From: an uncultured virus (IMG/VR IMGVR_UViG_3300025413_000016)
Taxonomy: Duplodnaviria; Heunggongvirae; Uroviricota; Caudoviricetes
DNA: 64,000 nucleotides
Direction: 5' to 3' (one strand)
IMG/VR virus record: IMGVR_UViG_3300025413_000016
Position 1 is the stretch's first letter; every line of letters begins with the position of its first letter. This document shows, in pieces, positions 40,996 through 49,919 of this stretch. The translations under genes were made by a program, and so were the position numbers. The notes under the pieces were generated by a model, which made no database searches, was not told the DNA's origin, and was given only the letters and a program-made list of their open reading frames with translations.

Positions 40996-41820
40996 TTATT
41001 GTTTACAAGTATTGCAATTAATTTTGTTTGGGTTTGCTTTGCAATTATCGCAAAAAATTTCATGATTATCTGCAGCGTGTTTAGAACCAAGAAGAGCAAG
41101 GCCAGCAAGGCCAGCTGCACCAGCACCGAGAGCTGAAGCACAACCGTGGCAAAAGCCTCCAATCAAATTACCAGGAAGGTCGGTGCCCGCAGGTGCACCA
41201 ATAACTCTACGTGAAGCATGAACCGTTTCAGGGTGATCTGGGTGGTGCTCTGCGTCTGTGTGCTGGTCTGAGTTATAATCTCTACTTTGTGCATCAAGGT
41301 CTTTGTGAAGCTGATCATCTTTTTTAATGTAGTGGCTCTTGTTAAGAGCTTCACCAATATAACCACCGACAGCAGCACCACCGGCAAAACCAGCTGCGCT
41401 ACCAGCACCAGGTGCAATTAGAGTACCAAGACCCGCACCCATCAAACCGCCTGCAAGTTCACCAGCGCCAATTGCTGCGTGATCTTTAAGCATTGCTTTA
41501 CCCGTACCAGGAGCAAGACCAAAAGCAGCTACTTTACACATTTCGCAAGAAGCGTGGCGCAACTGCCACTCATCATAGATAGCGCGAACCAACTTAGCCT
41601 TAGAGTCACTAACGTTAGCAAGCTTGTGGTAAGCAACCTTCTCGATGTCTTCTTCAACCATGCGCATGCGTTGTGCAAGCTCACGGTCACTGTGGGCGAG
41701 AAAAAAGAAATCACCGGTTCTAGTAAGCAAATCGTGCTTAGCAGCTACCAGGCTCTTACCAGCAAACTTGGCATCAAATGCCATGTTTACTGAATCGTCA
41801 AAATCGAACATCGAGGTCAT
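40996..41820 (-). CDS. Putative head protein with glycine-zipper segments
   Basis: 274 aa; GxxxG repeats; KVA, RHAS and HAS motifs. Confidence 0.65.
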   Translation of the reverse strand: MTSMFDFDDSVNMAFDAKFAGKSLVAAKHDLLTRTGDFFFLAHSDRELAQRMRMVEEDIEKVAYHKLANVSDSKAKLVRAIYDEWQLRHASCEMCKVAAFGLAPGTGKAMLKDHAAIGAGELAGGLMGAGLGTLIAPGAGSAAGFAGGAAVGGYIGEALNKSHYIKKDDQLHKDLDAQSRDYNSDQHTDAEHHPDHPETVHASRRVIGAPAGTDLPGNLIGGFCHGCASALGAGAAGLAGLALLGSKHAADNHEIFCDNCKANPNKINCNTCKQ

Positions 41821-41909
41821 CGTGTTACTCCTTGGCTATGCCCTTAAAGGGCGCTGGACAATAGGCAATATATACCTAATACCTGTTATAAGATAGAGCT
41901 TGTTTTAAA

Positions 41910-41993
41910 TGGTCGATGGGGAGAGATTCGAACTCCCGTACCCGAAGGATCTGGTTTACAGCCAGACGCGATTGGCCACTCCGCCACCCATCG
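41910..41993 (-). tRNA. tRNA-Tyr(GTA)
   Basis: CGATGGG/CCCATCG acceptor, anticodon loop CT-GTA-AA, long variable arm, TTCGAAT T-loop, encoded CCA. Confidence 0.92.
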
Positions 41994-41997
41994 ATTC

Positions 41998-42029
41998 GCT
42001 GAGGGAGAAGGACTCGAACCTTCAACAAA
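41998..42029 (-). pseudogene. 3' half (variable loop, T-arm, acceptor strand) of a split Gln-like tRNA
   Basis: TTGTT-GAAGG-TTCGAGT-CCTTC-TCCCTCA-G; TCCCTCA is complementary to TGAGGGA at 42856-42850. Confidence 0.75.
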
Positions 42030-42102
42030 GGCTCTGGGGCCTCGGGTCGAACGAGGGCTAGAAGTTCCAAAGACTCCGGTGCTACCTTTACACTACCCCA
42101 GA
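42030..42102 (-). tRNA. tRNA-Gln(TTG)
   Basis: TCTGGGG/CCCCAGA acceptor, GGAGT-CT-TTG-GA-ACTTC anticodon arm, CCTCG-TTCGACC-CGAGG T-arm, G73. Confidence 0.88.
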
Positions 42103-42765
42103 ATGTTTTAAGCGTTTACGCACAGCATTATCTGAAACGCCTAATTTTAATCCAACTTGAGTATAGCTGCTTTCTTCAACCATAGCAAGCAATGTATAAT
42201 TATCTGGCCAATTAATTTTATTTTTACGAGGATAGCAGCTTCTACAAGTACCTGTTTTGCTGTTTTGCTGTATGTAATTTTTACATTTTTCACATTGGCG
42301 TCTTGGTTTTTTGGTGCCATAAGTTTCTGTTTGTGAATGACAATTAGGGCAAAGAAAACGAAGGTTTTTTAAACTATTATCAATACGATCACCATTGATG
42401 TGATCGATTTGGAGTGTTAATTCTTTCTCATTCCAATTGTTATTGATTCCACAAATTGCGCATTTATATTCGATGCCCATCTCTAGAAGAGCTCTAAGAA
42501 GATGAACACGTTGTGTACGCGATGACCCATAGGGTTTTTTTACTAATATTTCTTCTGGTTTTAATTTATCACGATGAATACCATAAATATTATTATTAGG
42601 CAAAAAATGCTTAGTTGATATACCAGCATCTTTAATCCGCTTTGAGTAGTGCCCATGGGTACCACCATTTGGTGATAACCCTAAAGACCTTAACGCATGC
42701 GATATTGATGGAGAATTAGTTACTGCTTCTCTAAGCTGTTCATCTGTTATTTTTTTTCTGCTCAT
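42088..42765 (-). CDS. HNH homing endonuclease
   Basis: CAICG...LQIDHINGDRIDNSLKNLRFLCPNCHSQT; HTH-like ends; last codons overlap the tRNA-Gln 5' end. Confidence 0.88.
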   Translation of the reverse strand: MSRKKITDEQLREAVTNSPSISHALRSLGLSPNGGTHGHYSKRIKDAGISTKHFLPNNNIYGIHRDKLKPEEILVKKPYGSSRTQRVHLLRALLEMGIEYKCAICGINNNWNEKELTLQIDHINGDRIDNSLKNLRFLCPNCHSQTETYGTKKPRRQCEKCKNYIQQNSKTGTCRSCYPRKNKINWPDNYTLLAMVEESSYTQVGLKLGVSDNAVRKRLKHSGVV

Positions 42766-42819
42766 ATTTACTTCTATACTCTAACGGCAATATTAAATCA
42801 TTAATTTATATTTACGTTC

Positions 42820-42856
42820 GAGTCAGTGAGACGTGTTGCCTTTACACCATCCCTCA
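42820..42856 (-). pseudogene. 5' half (acceptor strand, D-arm, anticodon stem 5' strand) of a split Gln-like tRNA
   Basis: TGAGGGA-TG-GTGT-AAAGGCA-ACAC-G-TCTCA-CT; begins 1 nt after the tRNA-Asp CCA. Confidence 0.75.
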
Positions 42857-42857
42857 A

Positions 42858-42934
42858 TGGCGATCTTGATGGGACTTGAACCCACGACCCCCTCCGTGAC
42901 AGGGAGGTGCTCTAACCAACTGAGCTACAAGACC
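42858..42934 (-). tRNA. tRNA-Asp(GTC)
   Basis: GGTCTTG/CAAGATC acceptor, CCTCC-CT-GTC-AC-GGAGG anticodon arm, encoded CCA. Confidence 0.93.
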
Positions 42935-42938
42935 TTAA

Positions 42939-43011
42939 GCTCCCCGGGATGGGATCGAACCACCGACCAAGTCATTAACAGTGACCCGCTCTGCCGCTGA
43001 GCTACCGAGGA
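42939..43011 (-). tRNA. tRNA-Asn(GTT)
   Basis: TCCTCGG/CCGGGGA acceptor, GGTCA-CT-GTT-AA-TGACT anticodon arm; CCA not encoded. Confidence 0.9.
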
Positions 43012-43021
43012 ATTAAAGCAA

Positions 43022-43306
43022 TTACTTCTTAGGTGTAGCCTTAGCAGCAGGTGCTGGGGTGGGGTCTACAACAGCCTTAGGCTGAGGCAATGTTCCAAGC
43101 AACCAACCAAGGTTAGGGTACTTCTTCTCGAGCTGAGTGATCAGCGTGTAGTACAGACCAGTGGCAACAGGGACCAGTACGGTGAACGTACCAGTATTTA
43201 GATTACCCCACTTAGTAGCACCCCAAGCAAGCAAAGCACCAACAATAGCTGATGCAAAAGCACGACCTGTTGCTCTAGTTGTTGTTGTATTAACGGGATT
43301 AGACAT
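43022..43306 (-). CDS. Holin-like membrane protein
   Basis: Two TM segments, YYTLITQLEKKYPNLGWLLG, basic C terminus. Confidence 0.6.
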   Translation of the reverse strand: MSNPVNTTTTRATGRAFASAIVGALLAWGATKWGNLNTGTFTVLVPVATGLYYTLITQLEKKYPNLGWLLGTLPQPKAVVDPTPAPAAKATPKK

Positions 43307-43308
43307 TA

Positions 43309-43479
43309 TTATTTCTCCTTATTTGTATTTGTAAATTTGACAGACACCTGTACGCCATTAACTTGAGTACGCAAACTATTAAGAAGGCCAGACATAGTCT
43401 CGCTGATCTCTTGGCTTGCTAGCTCGTCGCTTTGTGCGTCACGAGGGTCATAACTAATTGTAATGACAGCTTTTTTCAT
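43309..43479 (-). CDS. Hypothetical 56-aa protein (not in the ORF track)
   Basis: Hand translation MKKAVITISYDPRDAQSDELASQEISETMSGLLNSLRTQVNGVQVSVKFTNTNKEK fills the gap. Confidence 0.55.
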   Translation of the reverse strand: MKKAVITISYDPRDAQSDELASQEISETMSGLLNSLRTQVNGVQVSVKFTNTNKEK

Positions 43480-43511
43480 ATTTTTACTTTAATGCATAAA
43501 TTGCACAAAAG

Positions 43512-44060
43512 TCAAGTATTTGGCAATTCTGTTAAAATATTAAAAGCTGCAGCCAAATCAGCTGGCATCATTTGATATGGGTTGCGGTCAAAAACAATAC
43601 CACCAGCCCATAGGGATTGAGCTACTACAGCACTACAAATCATAGTGTTGCTATTGGTAAACTGTATTTTAATACCAGTTGCTAATTCTAAAGCAATACT
43701 CAAGATGGTTAAGAAACCATACTTATCCTTAATAAAACTTTTACAAGCAGCTACCGTTTGATCACGGCTTTGCTTGTTAAGTTTTGTTGTAACGTAGTAA
43801 TATTCTACGTTTTTGTACTCACTAATATTGCTAGTAATAACACCACGACCAACAGCCTCAACAATAGTGCCATCCTCGTCAATAACCATGGCAGCGTGAT
43901 TCCAATGAGAATAAGGCTTCATTTTTCCATGATAACGAGTAAATTGACCAAAACGGATAAATTTAGCAAGAATACCATTACTAAAAACCAATATAAAGTC
44001 CCCAGGTACATATTTAATTGGTTCTTTGCCTGCGTCGTATACCTTATATGTTGTAGTCAT
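43512..44060 (-). CDS. Permuted papain-like NlpC/P60 amidase (YiiX/YaeF-like)
   Basis: PGDFIL, WNHAAM (His first) and MICSAVVA (Cys later). Confidence 0.8.
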   Translation of the reverse strand: MTTTYKVYDAGKEPIKYVPGDFILVFSNGILAKFIRFGQFTRYHGKMKPYSHWNHAAMVIDEDGTIVEAVGRGVITSNISEYKNVEYYYVTTKLNKQSRDQTVAACKSFIKDKYGFLTILSIALELATGIKIQFTNSNTMICSAVVAQSLWAGGIVFDRNPYQMMPADLAAAFNILTELPNT

Positions 44061-45066
44061 CTACATCGCCTTCATAATCATATGTTTCATTCATTCCAAA
44101 GATTGAACCGTATGTTGCGCCACCCATTGGGTGATCTCCTACACCAAGTACGTCTAAAGTGTCTCCATAGGGCCCCTCAATGCTCTGTTTGTCATCTTCA
44201 GCTTTAAGGGTAGGGGAGATAATACTATTGGCTACAATGCTGCCAAAAGGTGCTGTAGAGCCATCGTCTTTTAACCGTTCAACACCTGGTTGTGTGCCTT
44301 GTTCATTGCCTGGTTGAGTAACATACCAGCTAGCACCGCTAATATATGCTCCGCCACCAATGCCAGTAGCTGAATTAGCTCTTTCGTGTCTTGCACCGCC
44401 TCGAGGTGGTTCACCAACGTCTTGGAACCCATTCGGAGTAGTAAGCGTAAAAGAACCACCAGTATCACTATCTACAGCAACGACTCTAAACCCCATAAAC
44501 AACTTTGCATGGCTTTTAGCTACTTCAGTGGCATCGCTTCTAACATTTTCATCTACATGTTGATCTTCTTCAGCACCAGGACCAAAGATCTTTGGGACAA
44601 TATCACCAGTTAGGTCAGCATAGTGAACGCTAGCATGCCACCCAAGAGATCCATCAGTGTTGGGTCCTATTGTGTATTGAGGGTTATGATCTAATGGCAC
44701 GTTAAGCTTCTCATCTACTCCGCTGTCGCTACCGTGTGGACCAAAACCACCGACAGTGCCTTCGTTTTCTTTATTAGCCTTAGGCAAACGAAGAATTTGT
44801 ATCTTACGGATCTCGTCCGCAATGCTTACGCTCTCAATAAACTGATTCCAAAGAATTTTATCCCGAACAGTTGTTGGTGACAGGTTATCCCCCACCAACA
44901 AAGAAATAATAAACCCAGAATCAGTAACAGTTACTTCGGGCTCAGCAAAAAAACCTTCAAATTGAGCAATGACGGAACGAACTACGGCGTCCCTGTTGTA
45001 TTCAGAAACGTATCCATTAAAAATGCATTTAAAGTTCTTGCGTTTAGAAGATTTTGCATTACCCAT
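44044..45066 (-). CDS. Hypothetical protein, possible head-internal
   Basis: 340 aa with a Gly/acidic C half; HASVHYAD and FRVVA motifs. Confidence 0.6.
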   Translation of the reverse strand: MGNAKSSKRKNFKCIFNGYVSEYNRDAVVRSVIAQFEGFFAEPEVTVTDSGFIISLLVGDNLSPTTVRDKILWNQFIESVSIADEIRKIQILRLPKANKENEGTVGGFGPHGSDSGVDEKLNVPLDHNPQYTIGPNTDGSLGWHASVHYADLTGDIVPKIFGPGAEEDQHVDENVRSDATEVAKSHAKLFMGFRVVAVDSDTGGSFTLTTPNGFQDVGEPPRGGARHERANSATGIGGGAYISGASWYVTQPGNEQGTQPGVERLKDDGSTAPFGSIVANSIISPTLKAEDDKQSIEGPYGDTLDVLGVGDHPMGGATYGSIFGMNETYDYEGDVDDYNI

Positions 45067-45069
45067 ATA

Positions 45070-45924
45070 TTACATATGCGGGTACTTGAGCTTTTTAAAC
45101 CGTTCAAGGCTCATGCCTTCGTATCTACGGCATAAAGAGTCAAGAGAAACTTGTTGAATGTCATAGCTACCATTATGCACACCATGCTTTACAACAATTC
45201 CTCTAAAGTGTGCGTTACCCTGCGGCCCCTTGTAGTCCTCATCGTGGAGATAACACGCGCCTGCGACAAGACCGTGCTGAGAATAAGGTTTAACGCTGTC
45301 ATTAACATAACGCATACCATATAGGAATGTTTGTTGGTGACCCATAGTAAATGAGTGACCAATTGTTTTCAAACGCGTATCAATATTGCCGCCATACGGT
45401 ACACCAGTCATGTGGTTATAAAAAAAGTGGCTGTAAGCCACTCCATCCAACCATAAAATCTTTTTAAACGGGCTGACTCTCCAACCACTTCTTGCGTAAT
45501 CAAGATCATCAGTGCTGAAAAGACCGTCTATTTGTGCATCCATCTCTGTTGCACGATTAATTCGATCTTCATGGTTCCCAAGCAAGATGTGACGCTCTGG
45601 GTTCCACACAGCGTGTTTATTCTTACGTTTATTATCATTGTAATCATACAAAGGCTTGTTGAGTATATTCCAATGCTCATTAGCAGCTTCAATATCTGCT
45701 TTTACACGGCGCCCTTCCATGCTTTTTTTGCCCTTGTCATACAAAGAAAGAGCAGGCATGTCAGCGTGGTCTCCAAGATGAATAATCTTTACATCTTGGT
45801 TGTGGAATTCATCTACGATGTAGTTACCAATCCAAGTTAGATGGTCAGTTGGTACACCGTTCTTAGCCTGGGTGTCAGGTATTACAATGTGTGTAGCTGG
45901 ATTGGTTTCCAGTTGATCAGTCAC
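45070..45924 (-). CDS. Calcineurin-like metallophosphoesterase
   Basis: IPDTQ, HLGDHAD, LGNHE, YSH and MGHQQ motifs. Confidence 0.85.
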   Translation of the reverse strand: MTDQLETNPATHIVIPDTQAKNGVPTDHLTWIGNYIVDEFHNQDVKIIHLGDHADMPALSLYDKGKKSMEGRRVKADIEAANEHWNILNKPLYDYNDNKRKNKHAVWNPERHILLGNHEDRINRATEMDAQIDGLFSTDDLDYARSGWRVSPFKKILWLDGVAYSHFFYNHMTGVPYGGNIDTRLKTIGHSFTMGHQQTFLYGMRYVNDSVKPYSQHGLVAGACYLHDEDYKGPQGNAHFRGIVVKHGVHNGSYDIQQVSLDSLCRRYEGMSLERFKKLKYPHM

Positions 45925-45932
45925 TATTGTCC

Positions 45933-46103
45933 TTAGTTGTCGTTTGCATCCTCGGCATCAAAGTCCTGCAAATTCTTAATGCTTTCGCTAGGTTTGCCTT
46001 CATCATTAAGACCAGCAAAATCTTTTGTTGTCTTAATCGGTGAAGTTGGACTATCAGTGATTACCTTGGAATTTTTATCGGGTGTATTGCTATACCTAAT
46101 CAT
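45933..46103 (-). CDS. Hypothetical protein (start refined to MIRYSN)
   Basis: GAGG RBS; overlaps the upstream stop. Confidence 0.45.
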   Translation of the reverse strand: MIRYSNTPDKNSKVITDSPTSPIKTTKDFAGLNDEGKPSESIKNLQDFDAEDANDN

Positions 46104-46398
46104 TTTTATGCCTCTCCATGTGTTTGTCAAGCTTTGATGCCAAATTTTCATTTAACATTTTAATTGATCGTACACGGTCTCTTGGGAGCGAGTTTTCCCA
46201 AACAGTTTTGCCGTTTGTTATAGCTTTAATAAAACCAGAGTGTCTATAGTTATCTGTAACTAATACAGCTTGTAAATACAAACCACATTTAATACATTTA
46301 GTATCATTTATAATTTCTTCAATAAATTCTAATTCTATATTGTTAGAATTATTTTTATTATAAGTAATTCCTTCTGGTAAATTCATTTTTTCAATCAT
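46096..46398 (-). CDS. Hypothetical protein
   Basis: 100 aa; CIKC. Confidence 0.55.
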   Translation of the reverse strand: MIEKMNLPEGITYNKNNSNNIELEFIEEIINDTKCIKCGLYLQAVLVTDNYRHSGFIKAITNGKTVWENSLPRDRVRSIKMLNENLASKLDKHMERHKND

Positions 46399-46624
46399 TG
46401 TGGTTTAAAGCAAATATTCCTAAATTTTTTAGGAAATCTTCTACGGTTGTACCAGTTAATTCACAATATTTACCAATTGTACTAAGCAATACACCAGTAA
46501 TTGTACTAAACAATTGGATAGGATCGCTTTCTAACACCATTGAATACGCAAGTTCTTGCTGTTCACTTGTAATTGCAGTTAACAAAGCTACTACGTTTTT
46601 AATGTTATCTGATACTGAATCCAT
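46391..46624 (-). CDS. Hypothetical protein
   Basis: 77 aa, helical, coupled to dps. Confidence 0.55.
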   Translation of the reverse strand: MDSVSDNIKNVVALLTAITSEQQELAYSMVLESDPIQLFSTITGVLLSTIGKYCELTGTTVEDFLKNLGIFALNHND

Positions 46625-47154
46625 TAGTCCTCAATAGAAGCTTTCAAGAACCAACTCCATTTTTGGTGTTGGTCAATACGCTCTGCAATAAAATTAGCAA
46701 CACCTTGCTCATTATCTTTGTTAGCAATATTGAAAAATTCTTTAATGTGTTCAATATATTCTTCATTCATGCTATAAAATTTACTAGCAAGCTCATGAGG
46801 TGTTTTGCCAGGCAAACCAGTTTCTTTTAGCTTGCTTAGACCAACAAGTTCACTCATCGTAAACGGTGCTTGGTCGCCTAACTTAAGAATATTCTCGGCA
46901 ATAGGATCAATGTGTTCGTAAATGTCATCTACGATTTCATCAAATAATTTGTGATATTCATAAAAGTCTTCACCTTTTACATTCCAGTGAAAACCATGAA
47001 TGGTGTGATAAAGAACATATGCTTCAGCAAGCATTGTCTTTAGAGACGATACAAGATCGTTTTCATTGCTATTGCTATTATCAGCAATAGTATTTTTGCT
47101 GGTAGTGTCGTCTTCTACTGCGCCGACGACTCTAAAACCGTTCCACTCTTCCAT
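46624..47154 (-). CDS. dps: Dps (DNA-binding ferritin-like protein)
   Basis: HGFHWNVKG..FYEYHKLFDE, DPIAE and HQKWSWFL signatures. Confidence 0.9.
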   Translation of the reverse strand: MEEWNGFRVVGAVEDDTTSKNTIADNSNSNENDLVSSLKTMLAEAYVLYHTIHGFHWNVKGEDFYEYHKLFDEIVDDIYEHIDPIAENILKLGDQAPFTMSELVGLSKLKETGLPGKTPHELASKFYSMNEEYIEHIKEFFNIANKDNEQGVANFIAERIDQHQKWSWFLKASIED

Positions 47155-47155
47155 G

Positions 47156-47869
47156 TTAGAGCCAGTTTAAACCATTCCCAAAGGAATCGTCAATGGCATC
47201 TTGTACAAATGTTGCAGCAAGTTTATTAGCCTTTGCGCTCTTAACAGTACGGAACTCTGCACTTGCGTTTTTAGTTCTGCGGCAAATTTCAACATTATCA
47301 ACAAAGTTATCAATAATTGAAGCACGTTTGACAGTGTCAAGAAGAGGCAATGTTTTTTGTTCAACGTAGTATACGGCAGCTTCACGAGTGTCCAGCTGAC
47401 TGTTGAGCAAACGTGGATTTTGGTCTTCAACCCAAACTTCAGCACCAGCAGTAACAAAGTTAATCCAGTCAGCATCGTAGTACTCAAATTCAATTGAAGA
47501 AGCTGTGCGGTAAAGCAAGCTACCATCATCTTCACCAAGATCACTAGTGCCAGCACTGCTAATACGGTATTCCTTAGCAATGGTACCACCGGGGAGGCTA
47601 TTTAGGTAGTCTTCTGTGTCAAAGTCAACATACTCTGAAGCTAGCTTCTCGAGTGACTCTTTCTCAGCACCAAGCTCAGTTAGAATGTTGGCATAACGCT
47701 CAATATCTCTAAAGTCAGCATTGGGGTTGCTTGCTGCCATGCGTGTTCTGTCCAAGATATCTTGCAATCTGTCAAGTCTTGTCAGAATGCTCTCTGATGT
47801 TCCGTTAAACCAACGTGTGTCAGCAGCGGCGGTCTTAGCTTCAATTTCAATGTTGTCGTAATTCATCAC
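47156..47869 (-). CDS. Putative head-internal protein
   Basis: 237 aa; AKTAAA, RMAAS, KLAS and RTAS motifs. Confidence 0.6.
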   Translation of the reverse strand: MMNYDNIEIEAKTAAADTRWFNGTSESILTRLDRLQDILDRTRMAASNPNADFRDIERYANILTELGAEKESLEKLASEYVDFDTEDYLNSLPGGTIAKEYRISSAGTSDLGEDDGSLLYRTASSIEFEYYDADWINFVTAGAEVWVEDQNPRLLNSQLDTREAAVYYVEQKTLPLLDTVKRASIIDNFVDNVEICRRTKNASAEFRTVKSAKANKLAATFVQDAIDDSFGNGLNWL

Positions 47870-47893
47870 AGAATCTTTCTATTCTCTTATTGA

Positions 47894-48562
47894 CTATTGC
47901 GAGTTTTCGTCTGGATTACATCCATCATATACCATGTGTTGCGTGCAAAATTTTTTGCCAAGTGTATCTTCAAGAAGCTCAGCAATCTTTTTTCTAGCAG
48001 TAGTACCACTGTTTACTGGCGTGTTGCTATTCATGTTTCCAGGTTGCATACCACCAGGTGCTGTAGCTTCTCCTATGCCAGTCTGACCAGTGTTGCTAAA
48101 GTCTTGTGAACTTGTTGGCTGTGCTTGAACGTTTGTAGACCCTTTAAGATCTGGTGCAGCCGTTGGTGAGGTTGGTGGCTGAGGAGGCATCAAAGAAGTT
48201 GGTGCGCCCATAAATCCTGCTGTAGAATTAACAATCCTAGAAGCAATTTTGTTGTGCTCATGGGCATAAGCGGAGTCAATTGCTCTTGATTTAGCAGCTT
48301 GTTCACCCTCAGAGTCACCTGGTTCAAAGATGTGGCACTTAGCTTTCTTACCAGGACCTTTCCAGCCAGGCATTGGGCCTTGTGGAGTCTCAACCTTACA
48401 TTCTTCAATTTCATCAGCAGCTCTAGCAGCAGTAAAGTTAAAACCAAGGTAGGAACTAAGAATTACTCTGCGGCAACCATTGCAATAAATTTCAGGGCCA
48501 AACTTGCTAGCGGTTCTAACAAGATTACCTTTATTACAAACGTGGCAAGTTTCCATTATCAC
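47894..48562 (-). CDS. Zn-ribbon-containing putative head-internal protein
   Basis: CHVC...CNGC; RTAS and KIAS motifs. Confidence 0.6.
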   Translation of the reverse strand: MIMETCHVCNKGNLVRTASKFGPEIYCNGCRRVILSSYLGFNFTAARAADEIEECKVETPQGPMPGWKGPGKKAKCHIFEPGDSEGEQAAKSRAIDSAYAHEHNKIASRIVNSTAGFMGAPTSLMPPQPPTSPTAAPDLKGSTNVQAQPTSSQDFSNTGQTGIGEATAPGGMQPGNMNSNTPVNSGTTARKKIAELLEDTLGKKFCTQHMVYDGCNPDENSQ

Positions 48563-49461
48563 ACCTCAAAAAACTTTTGGATAACGTCAATAGGAAGCGA
48601 TGTTGCTCTTCTGCTAGCGGTAGCGTGATTGAACCCATCAGTTAATTCAAGTGGGCCACGGTCGTAATCACCTGGTGTCATTGTTCCTTGCATTGTGCCA
48701 CCATCAGTGCGTGGGATTGCATTGCTATTTGGTTTAATATCAAACAAGCTCTGGCCAGCACTTTGTTGTGGCGTCTTGTTGTAGTATTTTCTGTCTTGAT
48801 AACCGTTGTAGTAATCTTTGCTCAACAAAGCCATGTCTTCGTCGAGTGGTTTGCCTTGAATTGCATCCATATTGCCTTGGTAGTAAAGCTTACTTGCATC
48901 GCCACCGTTAGAAGCAAAGATTCTCATGTATTCATCAGAAGCACTAGCAGTTGTAGCTTCTTCTTTAATTATGTCGCGCTTACCATCAAGATCACCAATG
49001 GTTGGGCCTTCAACATGGCTAAAGTTCTTGTCACCCAAGCCGTGATCATCTTGTGGCTTACCACAACCGCAGTGGGTGCAAGCAATACGAGCGCCTGGGA
49101 AGTAATTAGTCTCACAGTGGTTGCAGAATGGCTCACCATTCTCCATAACGTACGCAATTCTTGCATTCATGCTCATGTTTGCTCCAATAATTGTTGAAAG
49201 CGATCCTGGTGAGACGCTTGACAACCCTTCATTTCCTACAACTGGTGGTTGACCAGTTACATCAATTTTTGTTACACGTTTTGGTGCTGAAAGCTCTGTG
49301 GAGTTTTCATCCTCATTACCAATGTCTGCAAATCTAAAACTACCAACAGTACCAACTGCAGATTGTCCTGGAATACCAAAACCTTCTTCATTGTTTTCAA
49401 TGGCTTTTAACGAGTCATCATTCTCGTAGCTGCCTGCACTGGTGTCCGCGTATTTCATCAA
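48559..49461 (-). CDS. Putative head-internal polyprotein-like protein
   Basis: KYAD, RFAD, RIAY, RIFAS and RRAT motifs; CNHC...CTHCGC. Confidence 0.6.
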   Translation of the reverse strand: MMKYADTSAGSYENDDSLKAIENNEEGFGIPGQSAVGTVGSFRFADIGNEDENSTELSAPKRVTKIDVTGQPPVVGNEGLSSVSPGSLSTIIGANMSMNARIAYVMENGEPFCNHCETNYFPGARIACTHCGCGKPQDDHGLGDKNFSHVEGPTIGDLDGKRDIIKEEATTASASDEYMRIFASNGGDASKLYYQGNMDAIQGKPLDEDMALLSKDYYNGYQDRKYYNKTPQQSAGQSLFDIKPNSNAIPRTDGGTMQGTMTPGDYDRGPLELTDGFNHATASRRATSLPIDVIQKFFEV

Positions 49462-49493
49462 TTACTACTGCGTCTCAAGAACCGTTTTAACTC

Positions 49494-49919
49494 TTATTCC
49501 CAAGTAGTGGGAACAACAAAACGATTTTGATCTTCTTCAATAAGTTGTGCAAGTTTTGTGCCCGCAATAGCCGCTGGCAAAGCCAATTGCATTGTTGGTT
49601 TTGGTCCTTCACACTCTGTTCTACCATCACAACCTCCGCAGTGGCCAGTGTTACGAATACCATCGCAACTACCATCACAACTATTGCAGTGTGCGTCTTG
49701 AGGTTTTGCTTTTGGGCCTAATTGGCTAATAGGGCTGTAATAACTAGTAAATGGGCTAGCATTAGCGTACTCAGATACATTACAGCCAGGCGTTGGGCAT
49801 CTAAGCATTTGACCATCTGGAATGCTTAGCGGATTCCTGTGAATAGGGCAAACAAAGTTATTACCCGCCGTTTTTTGTTGTTCAAGAACTTCTTCAGTTC
49901 TCAATGGGATAGTAGCCAT
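49494..49919 (-). CDS. Small Cys-rich protein
   Basis: QKTAG; CPIH...CPTPGC; CNSCDGSC...CGGCDG. Confidence 0.6.
   Translation of the reverse strand: MATIPLRTEEVLEQQKTAGNNFVCPIHRNPLSIPDGQMLRCPTPGCNVSEYANASPFTSYYSPISQLGPKAKPQDAHCNSCDGSCDGIRNTGHCGGCDGRTECEGPKPTMQLALPAAIAGTKLAQLIEEDQNRFVVPTTWE

Noticed and set aside
42030..42820. Group I intron in a tRNA anticodon loop
   Set aside because: Only about 55 nt of AT-rich non-coding sequence is available for a catalytic core, and splicing could not restore the missing 3' anticodon stem.
41998..42856. tmRNA (tRNA-like ends enclosing an ORF)
   Set aside because: No Ala identity (no G3-U70), a full D-stem is present, and the interior is an ATG-initiated HNH gene plus a tRNA.
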